Shown here one piece after another: positions 1 through 9,254 of a stretch of 64,000 bases of DNA. The stretch is from a virus. The translations under genes and the position numbers were made by a program. Positions within the stretch are counted from its first letter, which is position 1. Every line of letters starts with the position of its first letter. The notes below the pieces were generated by a model. The model was not told where the DNA came from. It was given only the letters and a program-made list of their open reading frames with translations, and made no database searches. The stretch covers positions 1 through 64,000 of the IMG/VR virus record IMGVR_UViG_3300035670_000075; one strand, 5' to 3'.

Positions 1-48
1 TAGATGAATCTTTGTCTGCGCTTGGGAAAGGTGTTGAAGGTTTTTTTA

Positions 49-142
49 TCTCGTTCCCACGCGCCGCGTGGTAACGTTGAAGCACCGCGCTGCGGTGCGT
101 ACCTGAAAAATCGCTCCGCAGCGCGGTGATTCAGCAACGAGA
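49..142. repeat. REP/REPIN-like palindromic element, copy 1
   Basis: Inverted termini TCTCGTT...AACGAGA; internal hairpins CCACGCGCCGCGTGG and GCACCGCGCTGCGGTGC; near-identical copies at 513-626 and 6209-6321. Confidence 0.85.
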
Positions 143-156
143 AGAAAAGAGGATAA

Positions 157-510
157 ATGCCAATGACAATGAATATGAATGAGCTATTGCAGTCTAAAAC
201 TGTAACCGCTGTGCTAAAAAAGTACGGCATATCGGTCGAACACTATGTAACGTCAACCGAAAAGCAGGTGGCTTTTTACGAAAAACTGAAAGGTAAGTCA
301 CACGCATGGCATGTGATGAACCAAAGAAAATTATATTCAGATTTGCTTATTCCAATAGGCATAAGCAAGTCTGACGCGGAAAGATATTCAGACATGAACT
401 CTGCCAATTCATATCGCGGCGATCCACCAGATAAGGTGTCTGAGTTTATGTTCATTGTAGCGCTGTCTACATCGCTAGTTACTGAATATATACAGAGACT
501 TAACGACTAG
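157..510 (+). CDS. hypothetical protein flanked by two REP-like elements
   Basis: 117-aa ORF with GAGGA RBS; stop codon 2 nt before the next repeat. Confidence 0.75.
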   Translation: MPMTMNMNELLQSKTVTAVLKKYGISVEHYVTSTEKQVAFYEKLKGKSHAWHVMNQRKLYSDLLIPIGISKSDAERYSDMNSANSYRGDPPDKVSEFMFIVALSTSLVTEYIQRLND

Positions 511-512
511 CA

Positions 513-682
513 TCTCGTTCCAACGCGCCGCATTGGGACGCCGAATCACCGCGCTGCGGTGCGTACCTAAAAAACCGCTCCGCAGCGCGGAGATACCGCA
601 TTACCACGCGGCGCGTGGTAACGAGAAGAACCTCTCCGCAGCGCGGAGATGCCGCATTCCCACGCGGCGCGTGGGAACGAGA
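513..682. repeat. REP/REPIN-like element, copy 2 (513-626) plus duplicated right half (about 634-682)
   Basis: TCTCGTT...AACGAGA at 513-626; CTCCGCAGCGCGGAGAT.CCGCATT.CCACGCGGCGCGTGG.AACGAGA occurs twice in tandem. Confidence 0.85.
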
Positions 683-703
683 AGAAACTCACAACACCAA
701 CCC

Positions 704-740
704 AAACCTGCCAGCCATTAAAAGCCCGGCAGGTTTTTTT
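704..740 (+). terminator. intrinsic terminator-like hairpin upstream of the helicase
   Basis: AAACCTGCC...GGCAGGTTT stem followed by a T run. Confidence 0.6.
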
Positions 741-755
741 ATACCTGGAGGCTCA

Positions 756-3700
756 ATGATTTTCGACAAAGAAAGACTACAAAACCACCAACTGCAAGCA
801 CTTGGAATTGCGCTTGACGGCTTGGAAACCATCAAACTGATCGATGCCAACGACGCATCGCAAACCCACGAATACACGCCGGAATTGATTTGCGGTGACG
901 GCATGGGCGCTGGTAAGACCATCACTGAGATCGCCGTGCTGCTTGCCATGCTGGAGCGCGGCGGTGGGCGTGCGGTGTTCTTTTGTCCCAATACCGACTG
1001 GGGTTACGGCAACGTCATCAATGACTCGCTGAAAATCGGCGTCCCTAACCCCGCTGAGATTTTCTTCAAGTTCACCGATGTTGTGAGCGACCTAACCACG
1101 CTGCCTAAGCGCGACGGCGTTGCGCTGGTGAGCTACCCGCAGATGATCGGCAACAAGATGGTTGACGGTATTTATCAGTCGCGTTACGAGCAGGTGGTGC
1201 GTTGGTTGACACATGACCGCACGCGGGAGTTTCGCGGTGCTGTCGTGTTTGACGAAAGCCATATGTTTACAGGCTTGATTCAGCCTGTCGGACAGCGAGG
1301 GCGGCGCAAGCCTTCACAAACAGCGAAAACACTGGTGGCGTTCAAGATGGACGAGCACCTACGCCACGCAACGATGTACAACTTCAGCGCCACGTCGTTC
1401 AAGTATTACACCGATTTAGCGGCGTATCCGCGACTCGGCTTGTTCGGGCTTGGGCGTCCGTTTAACAGTCAGTTCGACTTGCTCGAATACCTGCGCAAAG
1501 GCGGTGCGTCGGTAATGGAGTTGGTGTCTACCCACCTCAAAGCCAAGGGTCAGTATTGCCGCCGCGAGGTCAGCATGGCGGGTGTCGAGATTATCGACAA
1601 GTCACGCACCACGGTCGAGTTGACGGCTGAGCAGCGGCGTGAATACAACACGATAGTAGCCTTCTTGCGTGAGATCGCCAGTAATCTCAATCAGGCGTTT
1701 ATTGCCACCGGCATCATTGGCGAAGAAGCCACGGAAGGCAAGAAGAAAGGTAGTGTCATGTCGATGTTTTACGGCATGGTGTATGTGCTTACCAAGTCGC
1801 TGTTGGCGGCGTACAAAGTGCCGCGCTTGCTGGAACTGATGGAAGAACTTGACGGCGAGCTTGAGGATGGCGCGTCGTTCGTGATTTATTCATCGCTGAC
1901 AGGGGCGGCAACAGAGAGCCGCGCTTACCGCGTGGCGAGCGAATTCAACGATGAAGACGATGATTCTAGCGAGATTGACCTTGACACGGTAGAGGTTAAT
2001 GATCGCGGTCGCTTGATTGAATGGTTGCGGCAGCAGTGTCCGGTTTATCAGTATCGCACCGAGTACGACGACAACGGCAATCCGCGCCAGGTACTCGACA
2101 AGGATGAGCATGGTAATCCGATTATCAGCATTGAAGCTGAGCAAATTCGTGACGAAATGATCGAAGCCTTGCTGGATGTGCAGTTCCCTGAAAACGCCTT
2201 TACCGTGCTGCTGGAAACGCTTGGCGACACGTTGGGTGAGTACAGCGGACGCGAATACCGCTTCAAGCGCAACGCGCAAGGCAAACGAGTGCGGATGCCG
2301 CATGGCGTGAAGGGGCGCGCGGCAGACATGAAGCGCTTCCACGACGGCGAGATGCAGCACATGCTGCTTGGGCAAGCCGGGCAAGCGGGAATTAACCTGC
2401 ACTGTGCGCCGGAGTATGAGAATCAGCGTACCCGCGTGTTCGCTGCATTGTCCGTGTCAGAGCAGGTACAGGGCATGGTGCAGGCAACTGGGCGTGTCAA
2501 TCGGTTCGGGCAGACTAAGTCGCCGTACATGGCACTTATGACGACAACGCTGGCGTGTGAGCAGCGCTATATCGCCGCCGTAGCGTCCAAGATGGCGGAG
2601 ATGGGCGCGCTTATCAGTGGTAGTCGCGACAACTTCGACGAGGGTGGCTTTATCACCACCGACATGGGGTTGATGGATGGTTACGCTTACGATGCCATGC
2701 AGCAGTTGTTCGCTGAGATTATCGACGGCGATCACGAAGAACTCGGCGTAGATCGCAGCGCAATCGAGATGATGGGGTTCGGTGCCGACTTGATTGACAG
2801 TAATAACCTGACGTTCAAGCGTGAGAATAATGTCAGCGTCAAGCAATTCATGAATCGGCTGGTAATTCTGCCAATTGCCGAGCAGCCTGGCGAGCCTGGG
2901 TTGCAGGACGTGGTTTTCGATTTGTTCTATCAGAAGCGTCTTGAAGTGATTGACCGGGCGATAGACAGAGGCACTTACGATCACGGCCCGCAAAGCCTGA
3001 AAGCGCAGAGCATAAAGCTTGTCAAGAAAGAGCTAGTTCATACCCACGCCGACGGTCAGGTGACGCACTTGTTGACGCTTGATGCGGAATTCAAGAACAA
3101 GCGCGTACCCTATAGAGATTTGCCGCACGGCAATGGCTTTTGGGTTTACACAAGCAAAGACGGCAGCTTGCGTGCCGCGTGGTACAGCAACAGCCTGCAA
3201 AAGCGGATGTCGTGGGCGCAACCTGACGGACGCAGAGGTTCGCTGTCGGTTGATATTTTCGATGAAACACACCGCGAAGTCACCGGATATTCAGCCGGTG
3301 AGTTGCAAGCGATGTGGGAAAGTGCGTACAACGCCGCGCCGGAAGTGCGAACGGAAACGATTTACCTGGTCAGCGGCGGCGAGTTGCACCTTGGAAAAGT
3401 GCTGAATAGTGAGAACCTGCGCGTGGTGCGTGACACCACGGACGACGGTGAGCATGTATCAGGTATCCGCCTGGGTTATTCCGACATGCAGGATTTCCTC
3501 GCTCACTTCCAACGCAGTGCCGATGTACCGGACTTAACGCCGCAGCAGATTATCGATATGGTGATGGAGCAGCGTAAAGTCGTCAAGCTGTACGGCGGCA
3601 TTGAGTTCCGGCGTACTACGTCGTACATGAAGGGAACCGCCTATCTGGAAGTGTGCGCAAGCGGCGGCAAAATGCTGCCAAAACACATGCATCCAGCAAT

Positions 3701-3839
3701 GATTGCGTGCGGTGTGATGAAGGTTAGTAATAAACGCCGTAAGTTTTTCTTGGTGACGAATGACATGGTTGGCGTTGTGACTGCTGTTTGCAGACAGTTG
3801 ACAGGTGGGGTTGGTAGTGCGGTGGTGGGGATTGTTTGA
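756..3839 (+). CDS. strawberry notch (SBNO)-like SF2 helicase/NTPase
   Basis: GDGMGAGKT (motif I), VFDESH (II), SAT (III), GGASVMELVSTHLKAKGQYCRREVS, AGQAGINLH, QATGRVNRFGQ, EQRYIAAVASKMAEMGAL match SBNO-type motifs. Start moved to ATG 756 (GGAGG RBS) because 615-755 lies in the repeat and terminator. Confidence 0.85.
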   Translation: MIFDKERLQNHQLQALGIALDGLETIKLIDANDASQTHEYTPELICGDGMGAGKTITEIAVLLAMLERGGGRAVFFCPNTDWGYGNVINDSLKIGVPNPAEIFFKFTDVVSDLTTLPKRDGVALVSYPQMIGNKMVDGIYQSRYEQVVRWLTHDRTREFRGAVVFDESHMFTGLIQPVGQRGRRKPSQTAKTLVAFKMDEHLRHATMYNFSATSFKYYTDLAAYPRLGLFGLGRPFNSQFDLLEYLRKGGASVMELVSTHLKAKGQYCRREVSMAGVEIIDKSRTTVELTAEQRREYNTIVAFLREIASNLNQAFIATGIIGEEATEGKKKGSVMSMFYGMVYVLTKSLLAAYKVPRLLELMEELDGELEDGASFVIYSSLTGAATESRAYRVASEFNDEDDDSSEIDLDTVEVNDRGRLIEWLRQQCPVYQYRTEYDDNGNPRQVLDKDEHGNPIISIEAEQIRDEMIEALLDVQFPENAFTVLLETLGDTLGEYSGREYRFKRNAQGKRVRMPHGVKGRAADMKRFHDGEMQHMLLGQAGQAGINLHCAPEYENQRTRVFAALSVSEQVQGMVQATGRVNRFGQTKSPYMALMTTTLACEQRYIAAVASKMAEMGALISGSRDNFDEGGFITTDMGLMDGYAYDAMQQLFAEIIDGDHEELGVDRSAIEMMGFGADLIDSNNLTFKRENNVSVKQFMNRLVILPIAEQPGEPGLQDVVFDLFYQKRLEVIDRAIDRGTYDHGPQSLKAQSIKLVKKELVHTHADGQVTHLLTLDAEFKNKRVPYRDLPHGNGFWVYTSKDGSLRAAWYSNSLQKRMSWAQPDGRRGSLSVDIFDETHREVTGYSAGELQAMWESAYNAAPEVRTETIYLVSGGELHLGKVLNSENLRVVRDTTDDGEHVSGIRLGYSDMQDFLAHFQRSADVPDLTPQQIIDMVMEQRKVVKLYGGIEFRRTTSYMKGTAYLEVCASGGKMLPKHMHPAMIACGVMKVSNKRRKFFLVTNDMVGVVTAVCRQLTGGVGSAVVGIV

Positions 3840-3881
3840 TTGGGTGTTGTGTGTTAACATGAGTTTTGATTGGAGGATTAC

Positions 3882-4103
3882 ATGACTAAAGAGTGCTACG
3901 AAATTAGACCTAAAGATATTCCTAATGATTTCCCTGTCAAGCCTGTATCCGATAAGTCTCTTGCAAAAAAACCAACAACATGCGGTTGCTGCGGGCTTAC
4001 GTGGGATGACTCAATTATCACATCATATACTCCATCACCATCTGGTAGATGTCCGTTTGAGTATTATCATGAGTATTTTGAGCCTGATGATTGGGGGCAA
4101 TAA
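3882..4103 (+). CDS. small Cys-containing hypothetical protein
   Basis: GGAGG RBS before ATG 3882; CGCC...CPFEYYH. Confidence 0.7.
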   Translation: MTKECYEIRPKDIPNDFPVKPVSDKSLAKKPTTCGCCGLTWDDSIITSYTPSPSGRCPFEYYHEYFEPDDWGQ

Positions 4104-4118
4104 AGTTAAACTCATTTT

Positions 4119-4145
4119 TCTCGTTACCACGCGCCGCGTGGAATG
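4119..4145. repeat. solo REP-like half element
   Basis: TCTCGTTACCACGCGCCGCGTGG, identical to the left end of the 6209 copy. Confidence 0.8.
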
Positions 4146-4166
4146 ATAAAAATTGTGTGGTGATAT

Positions 4167-4775
4167 ATGACTAACTTTGACTGCTGGAACGACCCTGATC
4201 TATACAGTGATGGATTTGAACAACCGGATGGTGACATGGGTAACGGACACTTGTTTGATGGCTTAGATGGCGACGCAACAAAATGGGGTATTAGTGATTT
4301 TTACGATGAAAATGCTGATGTGCTTAAAAATGCCGTGCAGTCTGGAGAGCCTTTCGATACCGGGTGGTTTTCTTGCAAAAAAGAAGTCATCACTGGTCGT
4401 GTAAGTCGCTCAGTTAAAGGCGGTAAAATCTCCGTTGAAGTTAGTGAGTGCATGGATGAAGCGAGATATTTGGTTGATACAGACTATTATGAGGCAACCG
4501 ACAAAAAGCATAGCGACGGATATTCCGCGCTTGAATCACTTGGGCTTGATGACGAGCAAATTAAAGAAGTCATCGAGAGCACGGCAAGCTCATGCGGACT
4601 TGGCGAAGAAAACTGCAAGCGTGCGTCGAGCGCAATTGACGCTAGTAGTTCTTATGATAAGGTCTGTGAAGAGCTTGATAAGCTTGCTGTGCAAACCTCA
4701 AGCGAGCTTGAAGCATGGTATCAGCAAGTTATCGCTGAATGTAAAGCGAGAATAGAGGAAGGTTTTGATGAATAA
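4167..4775 (+). CDS. acidic hypothetical protein
   Basis: 202-aa D/E-rich ORF, GGTG RBS, overlaps the next gene. Confidence 0.75.
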   Translation: MTNFDCWNDPDLYSDGFEQPDGDMGNGHLFDGLDGDATKWGISDFYDENADVLKNAVQSGEPFDTGWFSCKKEVITGRVSRSVKGGKISVEVSECMDEARYLVDTDYYEATDKKHSDGYSALESLGLDDEQIKEVIESTASSCGLGEENCKRASSAIDASSSYDKVCEELDKLAVQTSSELEAWYQQVIAECKARIEEGFDE

Positions 4776-5181
4776 GCACGAAGCCAAAAAGCTCCTCGGT
4801 AGAACTGTAAAGGCATGGACGGCGGTTAATGGCGTTTATGTTGGTCGTCTGGTTGGGATTGATACAAGACGCGGAAAATGGCGAGGTTTCGTGTTGATTA
4901 CGGGTATCATAAGCCCTGCTTGCCATTTTGACGGTACTCGCCGTCACGGGTTTCGTGTTGGTGAATTGATTGATGTCGGCGGCATCAGCATCAATCCAGC
5001 ACCAGGAATGCTTGGCAAAGCAGATTATATGGATGCTGTAAAGTTAGAGCGTGATGCCATGTCTAACTATGATCCAAGCAAACCAAAAATGGGGTGGGTG
5101 ACTGGTGCATTAAGTCGTTTTGACGCTGAAATAGAAAGGCTTAAGAAAGGAAAGCCTGACTACGCCACAAGGTATTTGTGA
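4768..5181 (+). CDS. hypothetical protein
   Basis: ORF coupled to the upstream gene; GAGGA RBS. Confidence 0.7.
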   Translation: MNKHEAKKLLGRTVKAWTAVNGVYVGRLVGIDTRRGKWRGFVLITGIISPACHFDGTRRHGFRVGELIDVGGISINPAPGMLGKADYMDAVKLERDAMSNYDPSKPKMGWVTGALSRFDAEIERLKKGKPDYATRYL

Positions 5182-5217
5182 TTTATTCGCGCCGCAGTGC
5201 GTAAGCGTAAATTGAAG

Positions 5218-5281
5218 TGCCAGTCTCCAGACTGGCATACGCCGCTATAAGCGGCGTCTGTGCTAAGCCGGTGCTTAGCAC
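5218..5281. repeat. three abutting perfect inverted repeats
   Basis: TGCCAGTCT-cc-AGACTGGCA; ACGCCGCT-ata-AGCGGCGT; GTGCTAAGC-cggt-GCTTAGCAC. Confidence 0.85.
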
Positions 5282-5315
5282 TCCCAGTTGCCATACAAAA
5301 CAACAAGGAGGCTTT

Positions 5316-5717
5316 ATGCCAAGAATCAAAATAGAATTACCAACATCCAGTGGCAGGCGCACTGGTGTCGTGTGGAAAGTTGATAGCGTTGATACGTCAA
5401 AGAAAGACGGACACGCCTTCGTCGGTAGCTTCCTGCGCGAGCAACAATACGACTTTGATGTGGGCACTGTAATCGTGATGAAAGTGCCTGAAGGCAGTGT
5501 TAAACGAGGTTATCACAGCGGCGTTGCTTATCGCCTTACCGAAGGCGGCGAACTGGAAAAGTTTGCCAGCGCAGACGATTGGCGCGGTGATTTCCTCGAC
5601 TTCCGCGATTCGGTTGCTGCTGAGATTAACAAATCAGCGCATGAGGAAAATAACCCATTGGCTGATTTCTCTGACGAGCAAATCTATGCTGAAGCAAAGC
5701 GGAGAGGGATAGTATGA
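5316..5717 (+). CDS. hypothetical protein
   Basis: AAGGAGG RBS before ATG 5316; ATGA overlap with the next gene. Confidence 0.8.
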   Translation: MPRIKIELPTSSGRRTGVVWKVDSVDTSKKDGHAFVGSFLREQQYDFDVGTVIVMKVPEGSVKRGYHSGVAYRLTEGGELEKFASADDWRGDFLDFRDSVAAEINKSAHEENNPLADFSDEQIYAEAKRRGIV

Positions 5718-6136
5718 ACAGAGAATTAATTGCGCAGATTTACGCTAAATTCTGTAATGACAACCAAGGGGATAATCAATATCTATTATTTATGCCGCCT
5801 GTTAAGTTCATCGAGCTTACAGGAAGGCAAGACCCGTCCGATTACGCTGATGTGTTTGACGAGCAGAGATTCATGCGTTCGCTCGAAGATGACGGCTTTC
5901 CTGAGCTTGAAGTACACAAGGACGGGCAGGTTATGAGCAGCGAAGGAATGCACCGTGCTGTTGCCGCGCGTGACGCAGGTATTGACGAGATTCCAGTTTT
6001 CATCGCTGTAGTCGATTACGACTTGGTGAGAGGTCATGTCAACGGCAGCTTAACGCTTGACGATGTAATGAGCAGGATTGTCGATTTGCCATTGCCGCAA
6101 GTATTCAAAAAATTTGACGAAAGTGTTTATAAGTGA
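5714..6136 (+). CDS. ParB/Srx N-terminal-like domain protein
   Basis: EGMHRAVAARDAGIDEIPV resembles the ParB DGxHR..AA..G...IPV motif. Confidence 0.55.
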   Translation: MNRELIAQIYAKFCNDNQGDNQYLLFMPPVKFIELTGRQDPSDYADVFDEQRFMRSLEDDGFPELEVHKDGQVMSSEGMHRAVAARDAGIDEIPVFIAVVDYDLVRGHVNGSLTLDDVMSRIVDLPLPQVFKKFDESVYK

Positions 6137-6208
6137 GGATTTTTCATGACCACGCAAAGTAATAATTCACAAATTAATGATGTGCGGATTGCTGTTTTTT
6201 AGGTATTC

Positions 6209-6321
6209 TCTCGTTACCACGCGCCGCGTGGTAACGATGAATCTCCGCGCTGCGGAGCGGTTTTAAGGTACGCACCGCAGCGCGGTGCTTCGGCATTCCC
6301 ACGCGGCGCGTGGGAACGAGA
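6209..6321. repeat. REP/REPIN-like element, copy 3 (inverted relative to copies 1 and 2)
   Basis: TCTCGTT...AACGAGA; core GGTACGCACCGCAGCGCGGTG is the reverse complement of that in copies 1 and 2. Confidence 0.85.
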
Positions 6322-6340
6322 AAAATAAAACGAGATTAAT

Positions 6341-6526
6341 ATGCACATTAAAAAATTCCCATGCCAGATATGCGGAAAGGAAGTTGAAAAACTTAATCTT
6401 GAAGTTGAAGATGGCAAGGGAAATAGAAAAAAGTATGTTTACTGTAGTCATGGGCATAGACGTGAGCATGAAGAAAAACTTAAAAGTAAGAGTTTTAATG
6501 TTATAGATATTGCTTACAGGAAGTGA
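6341..6526 (+). CDS. small putative zinc-finger protein
   Basis: CQIC...CSHGH; followed by hairpin ATGATGGGT...ACCCATCAT (6529-6560). Confidence 0.55.
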   Translation: MHIKKFPCQICGKEVEKLNLEVEDGKGNRKKYVYCSHGHRREHEEKLKSKSFNVIDIAYRK

Positions 6527-6608
6527 GTATGATGGGTAGAGCAATAGCTAAACCCATCATGCGACACACAGGCTACCACAGAAAACAACCAAGGATTCCT
6601 TACTACAA

Positions 6609-7067
6609 ATGATTCCAGATAACATCCAACTCATCATCTTCGACGCCGACGGCACGCTGCGCCAGGCAAAATCAAACCCCATCGCGCCATCGACGGCTGA
6701 CGATTGGGACTTTCTGCCTGGTGTGGAAGAATGGTTTAGCGCCAACCGCAAGCGATACCATATCGGCTTCGCCAGCAACCAGGGCGGAGTCGAGAAAGGC
6801 TACGTCAAGCACGACGTAGCGCTATATGCGCTGGTGAGCATGGCGCAGCAGTTGAGAATTTTCGACATGGCTGCGGTCAGGATGTGCGAACACTATGGCG
6901 AACATCCGCGCCGCAAGCCAAACGCCGGTATGCTGGTAGAGTTGATGGACTATTTCGGCGTGTCACCGCAAGATACGCTGATGGTTGGCGATATGAAGTC
7001 GGATGAACAGGCGGCAGCAAACGCTGGATGCTGTTATTTGCATCCGCGTGAGTTGTTTTTGTGGTGA
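6609..7067 (+). CDS. HAD-IIIA family phosphatase (GmhB/PNKP-phosphatase-like)
   Basis: FDADGTL, SNQGG, RKPNAGM, VGDMKSDEQAA motifs. Confidence 0.85.
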   Translation: MIPDNIQLIIFDADGTLRQAKSNPIAPSTADDWDFLPGVEEWFSANRKRYHIGFASNQGGVEKGYVKHDVALYALVSMAQQLRIFDMAAVRMCEHYGEHPRRKPNAGMLVELMDYFGVSPQDTLMVGDMKSDEQAAANAGCCYLHPRELFLW

Positions 7068-7077
7068 TCACGTATGA

Positions 7078-7509
7078 TTAGATCGCCACGCCTGACAAAA
7101 TAGAGGCTTTCTCGGTGTCAGTAACAAAGCCTTTCGACTCAAGCATTGAAACGCCATCGGTGATGCGCTGATCAGGTAAGCCTGTCTGCGCATCAAAAAT
7201 CTTGAAGCTTTCCATTGCCTGCACCCACTGCCAAAGCGTAGAAACTTCCCAGTCGTAAACCGGACTTCCGCTTTGCGCGGCGGCAATGATTGATTGTTGC
7301 TTGAGTCCGAAAAGCTCAACAAATTGTTGTCTACCGATAACAACGTCAATCACTTGCGGGTCATCCGCCCACTGACCATTTTGATATAATTTGCCGAGCG
7401 GATTTTCATTGTCCGCAACGGCGATCATGAATGGGTCATTGATAGTGGTTGGCAGGTCTGATAACGCAATGCATTTACTTGCTGCGTTAATTTGCGCGTA
7501 TCTTTGCAT
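7078..7509 (-). CDS. hypothetical protein, last gene of tail operon (possible fibre assembly protein)
   Basis: Position and translational coupling only. Confidence 0.6.
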   Translation of the reverse strand: MQRYAQINAASKCIALSDLPTTINDPFMIAVADNENPLGKLYQNGQWADDPQVIDVVIGRQQFVELFGLKQQSIIAAAQSGSPVYDWEVSTLWQWVQAMESFKIFDAQTGLPDQRITDGVSMLESKGFVTDTEKASILSGVAI

Positions 7510-7835
7510 TAGTAAAACTCCAGAACCGTATAGCGCCCTGAGATTATCGGTGTACCCAAATTAGTATTTGCTGATATTCTTACGTTTGTCGTGCTTGTTA
7601 GGCGCGCTGTACAGCTTGATGATGAAGCAGAGCTGGCGGTCAGAAGTCTTGCATTGACCGCAGAACTGCCAGTGCCACCTAAAAAAAACACAACAGATTT
7701 CGCAGTGTTGACGGCGCTGATTGTCACATCGACATAAACAACATCCTCGCCAGAACCAGCGCTTGCACTGGCTTCAACATAGCCTGTAATAACTTGTTTT
7801 ACACCTATTGAAAACAGGTCTTCCAATGTAGCCAT
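7509..7835 (-). CDS. small virion/tail fibre-associated protein
   Basis: Ser/Thr/Val-rich; VDVTISAVNTAKS and C-terminal VLEFY resemble small phage fibre proteins. Confidence 0.55.
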   Translation of the reverse strand: MATLEDLFSIGVKQVITGYVEASASAGSGEDVVYVDVTISAVNTAKSVVFFLGGTGSSAVNARLLTASSASSSSCTARLTSTTNVRISANTNLGTPIISGRYTVLEFY

Positions 7836-7842
7836 TATTGCC

Positions 7843-8505
7843 TCACAATATCACTTTCCAGCCTATCGACGCATCGATATAGCGGAACAGTACGGTAACA
7901 TTTTTCATGGATAACGTAATATCTTGCGCTGACGACATGATATTACTGCCATTTCTGCCAACAACCGTGTTTACAAAGTTGCCGACAGCTATCTCAACTT
8001 CGTCACCGGGAGACGGCGACGAAGGTAGCGTTTGCGTTGTTCCTGCCGCCGTGACCTCAACATGATCATCGTCAACCGCAGTCCTGCTTATTGCGGTGAC
8101 AACAACTGTTTTTTGCGTTGAAATAGTGCTGCCGACAATGGCTGTTCCGCCTGCGTTAATTCTGATGTATTGCAATGCGCTCGCGGTTCCTGGGGAAAGA
8201 TCGGTGATATTCAAATCTCCGGGGGCAGCGCCACCGCCAATCAGCCCGTTCGCTTGCGCAAGCGTTACATAATCTTGCAGGTCAACCGCGTCTGAGGCCG
8301 ATGTTACTCTGTAGCCGTTAATGTCGAGATTTTGCATTAACCCCGCAACATCAACCTTGAGCGATAACTTGGCGCTCAGACTAACTTCGCCGTCACGCGC
8401 AACCTCTATTTCTGTCGCCCAATCGTCATTGAATGCGACTAACGCATTTAGCTTTTCAATGTAATCAAGATCGCCTGACGCGAATATTACGCCGCTAGAA
8501 GCCAT
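7843..8505 (-). CDS. tail fibre-like protein, paralog A
   Basis: DAVDLQDYVTLAQ neck-like motif; TLPSSPSPGDEV...VGRNGSNI...GWKV domain. Confidence 0.65.
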   Translation of the reverse strand: MASSGVIFASGDLDYIEKLNALVAFNDDWATEIEVARDGEVSLSAKLSLKVDVAGLMQNLDINGYRVTSASDAVDLQDYVTLAQANGLIGGGAAPGDLNITDLSPGTASALQYIRINAGGTAIVGSTISTQKTVVVTAISRTAVDDDHVEVTAAGTTQTLPSSPSPGDEVEIAVGNFVNTVVGRNGSNIMSSAQDITLSMKNVTVLFRYIDASIGWKVIL

Positions 8506-8517
8506 TCAGATACTCCG

Positions 8518-9252
8518 TCATAACGATACTTGAAAACCTCGCCCACTCAAAACCTTCCAGCCTATCGATGCATTGATATACCTGAAAGTTCGTGTTGTAT
8601 AGGCTTTGTTTAACGTTAAGTCCTCAGCAAGCCCCATGATGTTGTTGCCATTCCTGGCAACGACGGTATTCAGGAAATTGCCGACGCCAATAACCACCTC
8701 GTCACCAACAGAAGGCGATGATGGCAGCGTTTGCGTAGTGCCATCAGCGGTCACTTCAACGTGCTCTGCCACGGCAGCATTTCGGCTTATTGCGGTGACA
8801 ACAACTGACTTTTGCATTTCAAACGTGACGCCTTCCAAACCGTCGCCACCTGAATTAACCCTGATAAACTGATCTCCTATAGCTGAGCCAGGCTGAAGAT
8901 TTGTCAGTTCTATAAAATACGGATCACCACCACTGAGTATCAGCGCATTAATCTGTGACAGGGTAACGTAATCCTGTCCAGCTACGGCATTTGCCGCATT
9001 AAACATCCGATTGCCGCCAGCAGAAAAATTTCCGCTTATTGCGCCGTACTCTAGCTTTGTTGGCACTTCCGGCGGCGTCAAAACAGGCGTGTTATCACGC
9101 CATGTCATCTGTTCGCCGCTAAGCCACGACATTTCAGAGCCAGCCAACACCTGCGCTTCGGCAGACCATAGCTCGGCAAATGCCGTGATCGCGTTGAGCG
9201 ACTCAACGCGGTCAGGTTGTCTTGCGTAAAAGTTGATACCTGACGCAGCCAA
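8518..9252 (-). CDS. tail fibre-like protein, paralog B
   Basis: Colinear similarity to 7843-8505. Confidence 0.65.
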   Translation of the reverse strand: MAASGINFYARQPDRVESLNAITAFAELWSAEAQVLAGSEMSWLSGEQMTWRDNTPVLTPPEVPTKLEYGAISGNFSAGGNRMFNAANAVAGQDYVTLSQINALILSGGDPYFIELTNLQPGSAIGDQFIRVNSGGDGLEGVTFEMQKSVVVTAISRNAAVAEHVEVTADGTTQTLPSSPSVGDEVVIGVGNFLNTVVARNGNNIMGLAEDLTLNKAYTTRTFRYINASIGWKVLSGRGFQVSL

Positions 9253-9254
9253 AC

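Noticed and set aside
49-682. Possible CRISPR array
   Set aside because: Repeats are long nested palindromes with irregular spacing and orientation, no unique equal-length spacers, no cas genes
533-755. ORF 533-721 and N-terminal extension 615-755 of the helicase
   Set aside because: Translations of the repeat and terminator; the good RBS is before ATG 756
6214-6544. ORFs 6214-6417, 6263-6544 and 6285-6506
   Set aside because: They cross the REP-like element; similarity to other ORFs (PRGAW, HAARGNE) only reflects the repeat
7843-9252. Diversity-generating retroelement TR/VR pair
   Set aside because: Both copies are full genes, differences are not confined to adenines, and no reverse transcriptase is present
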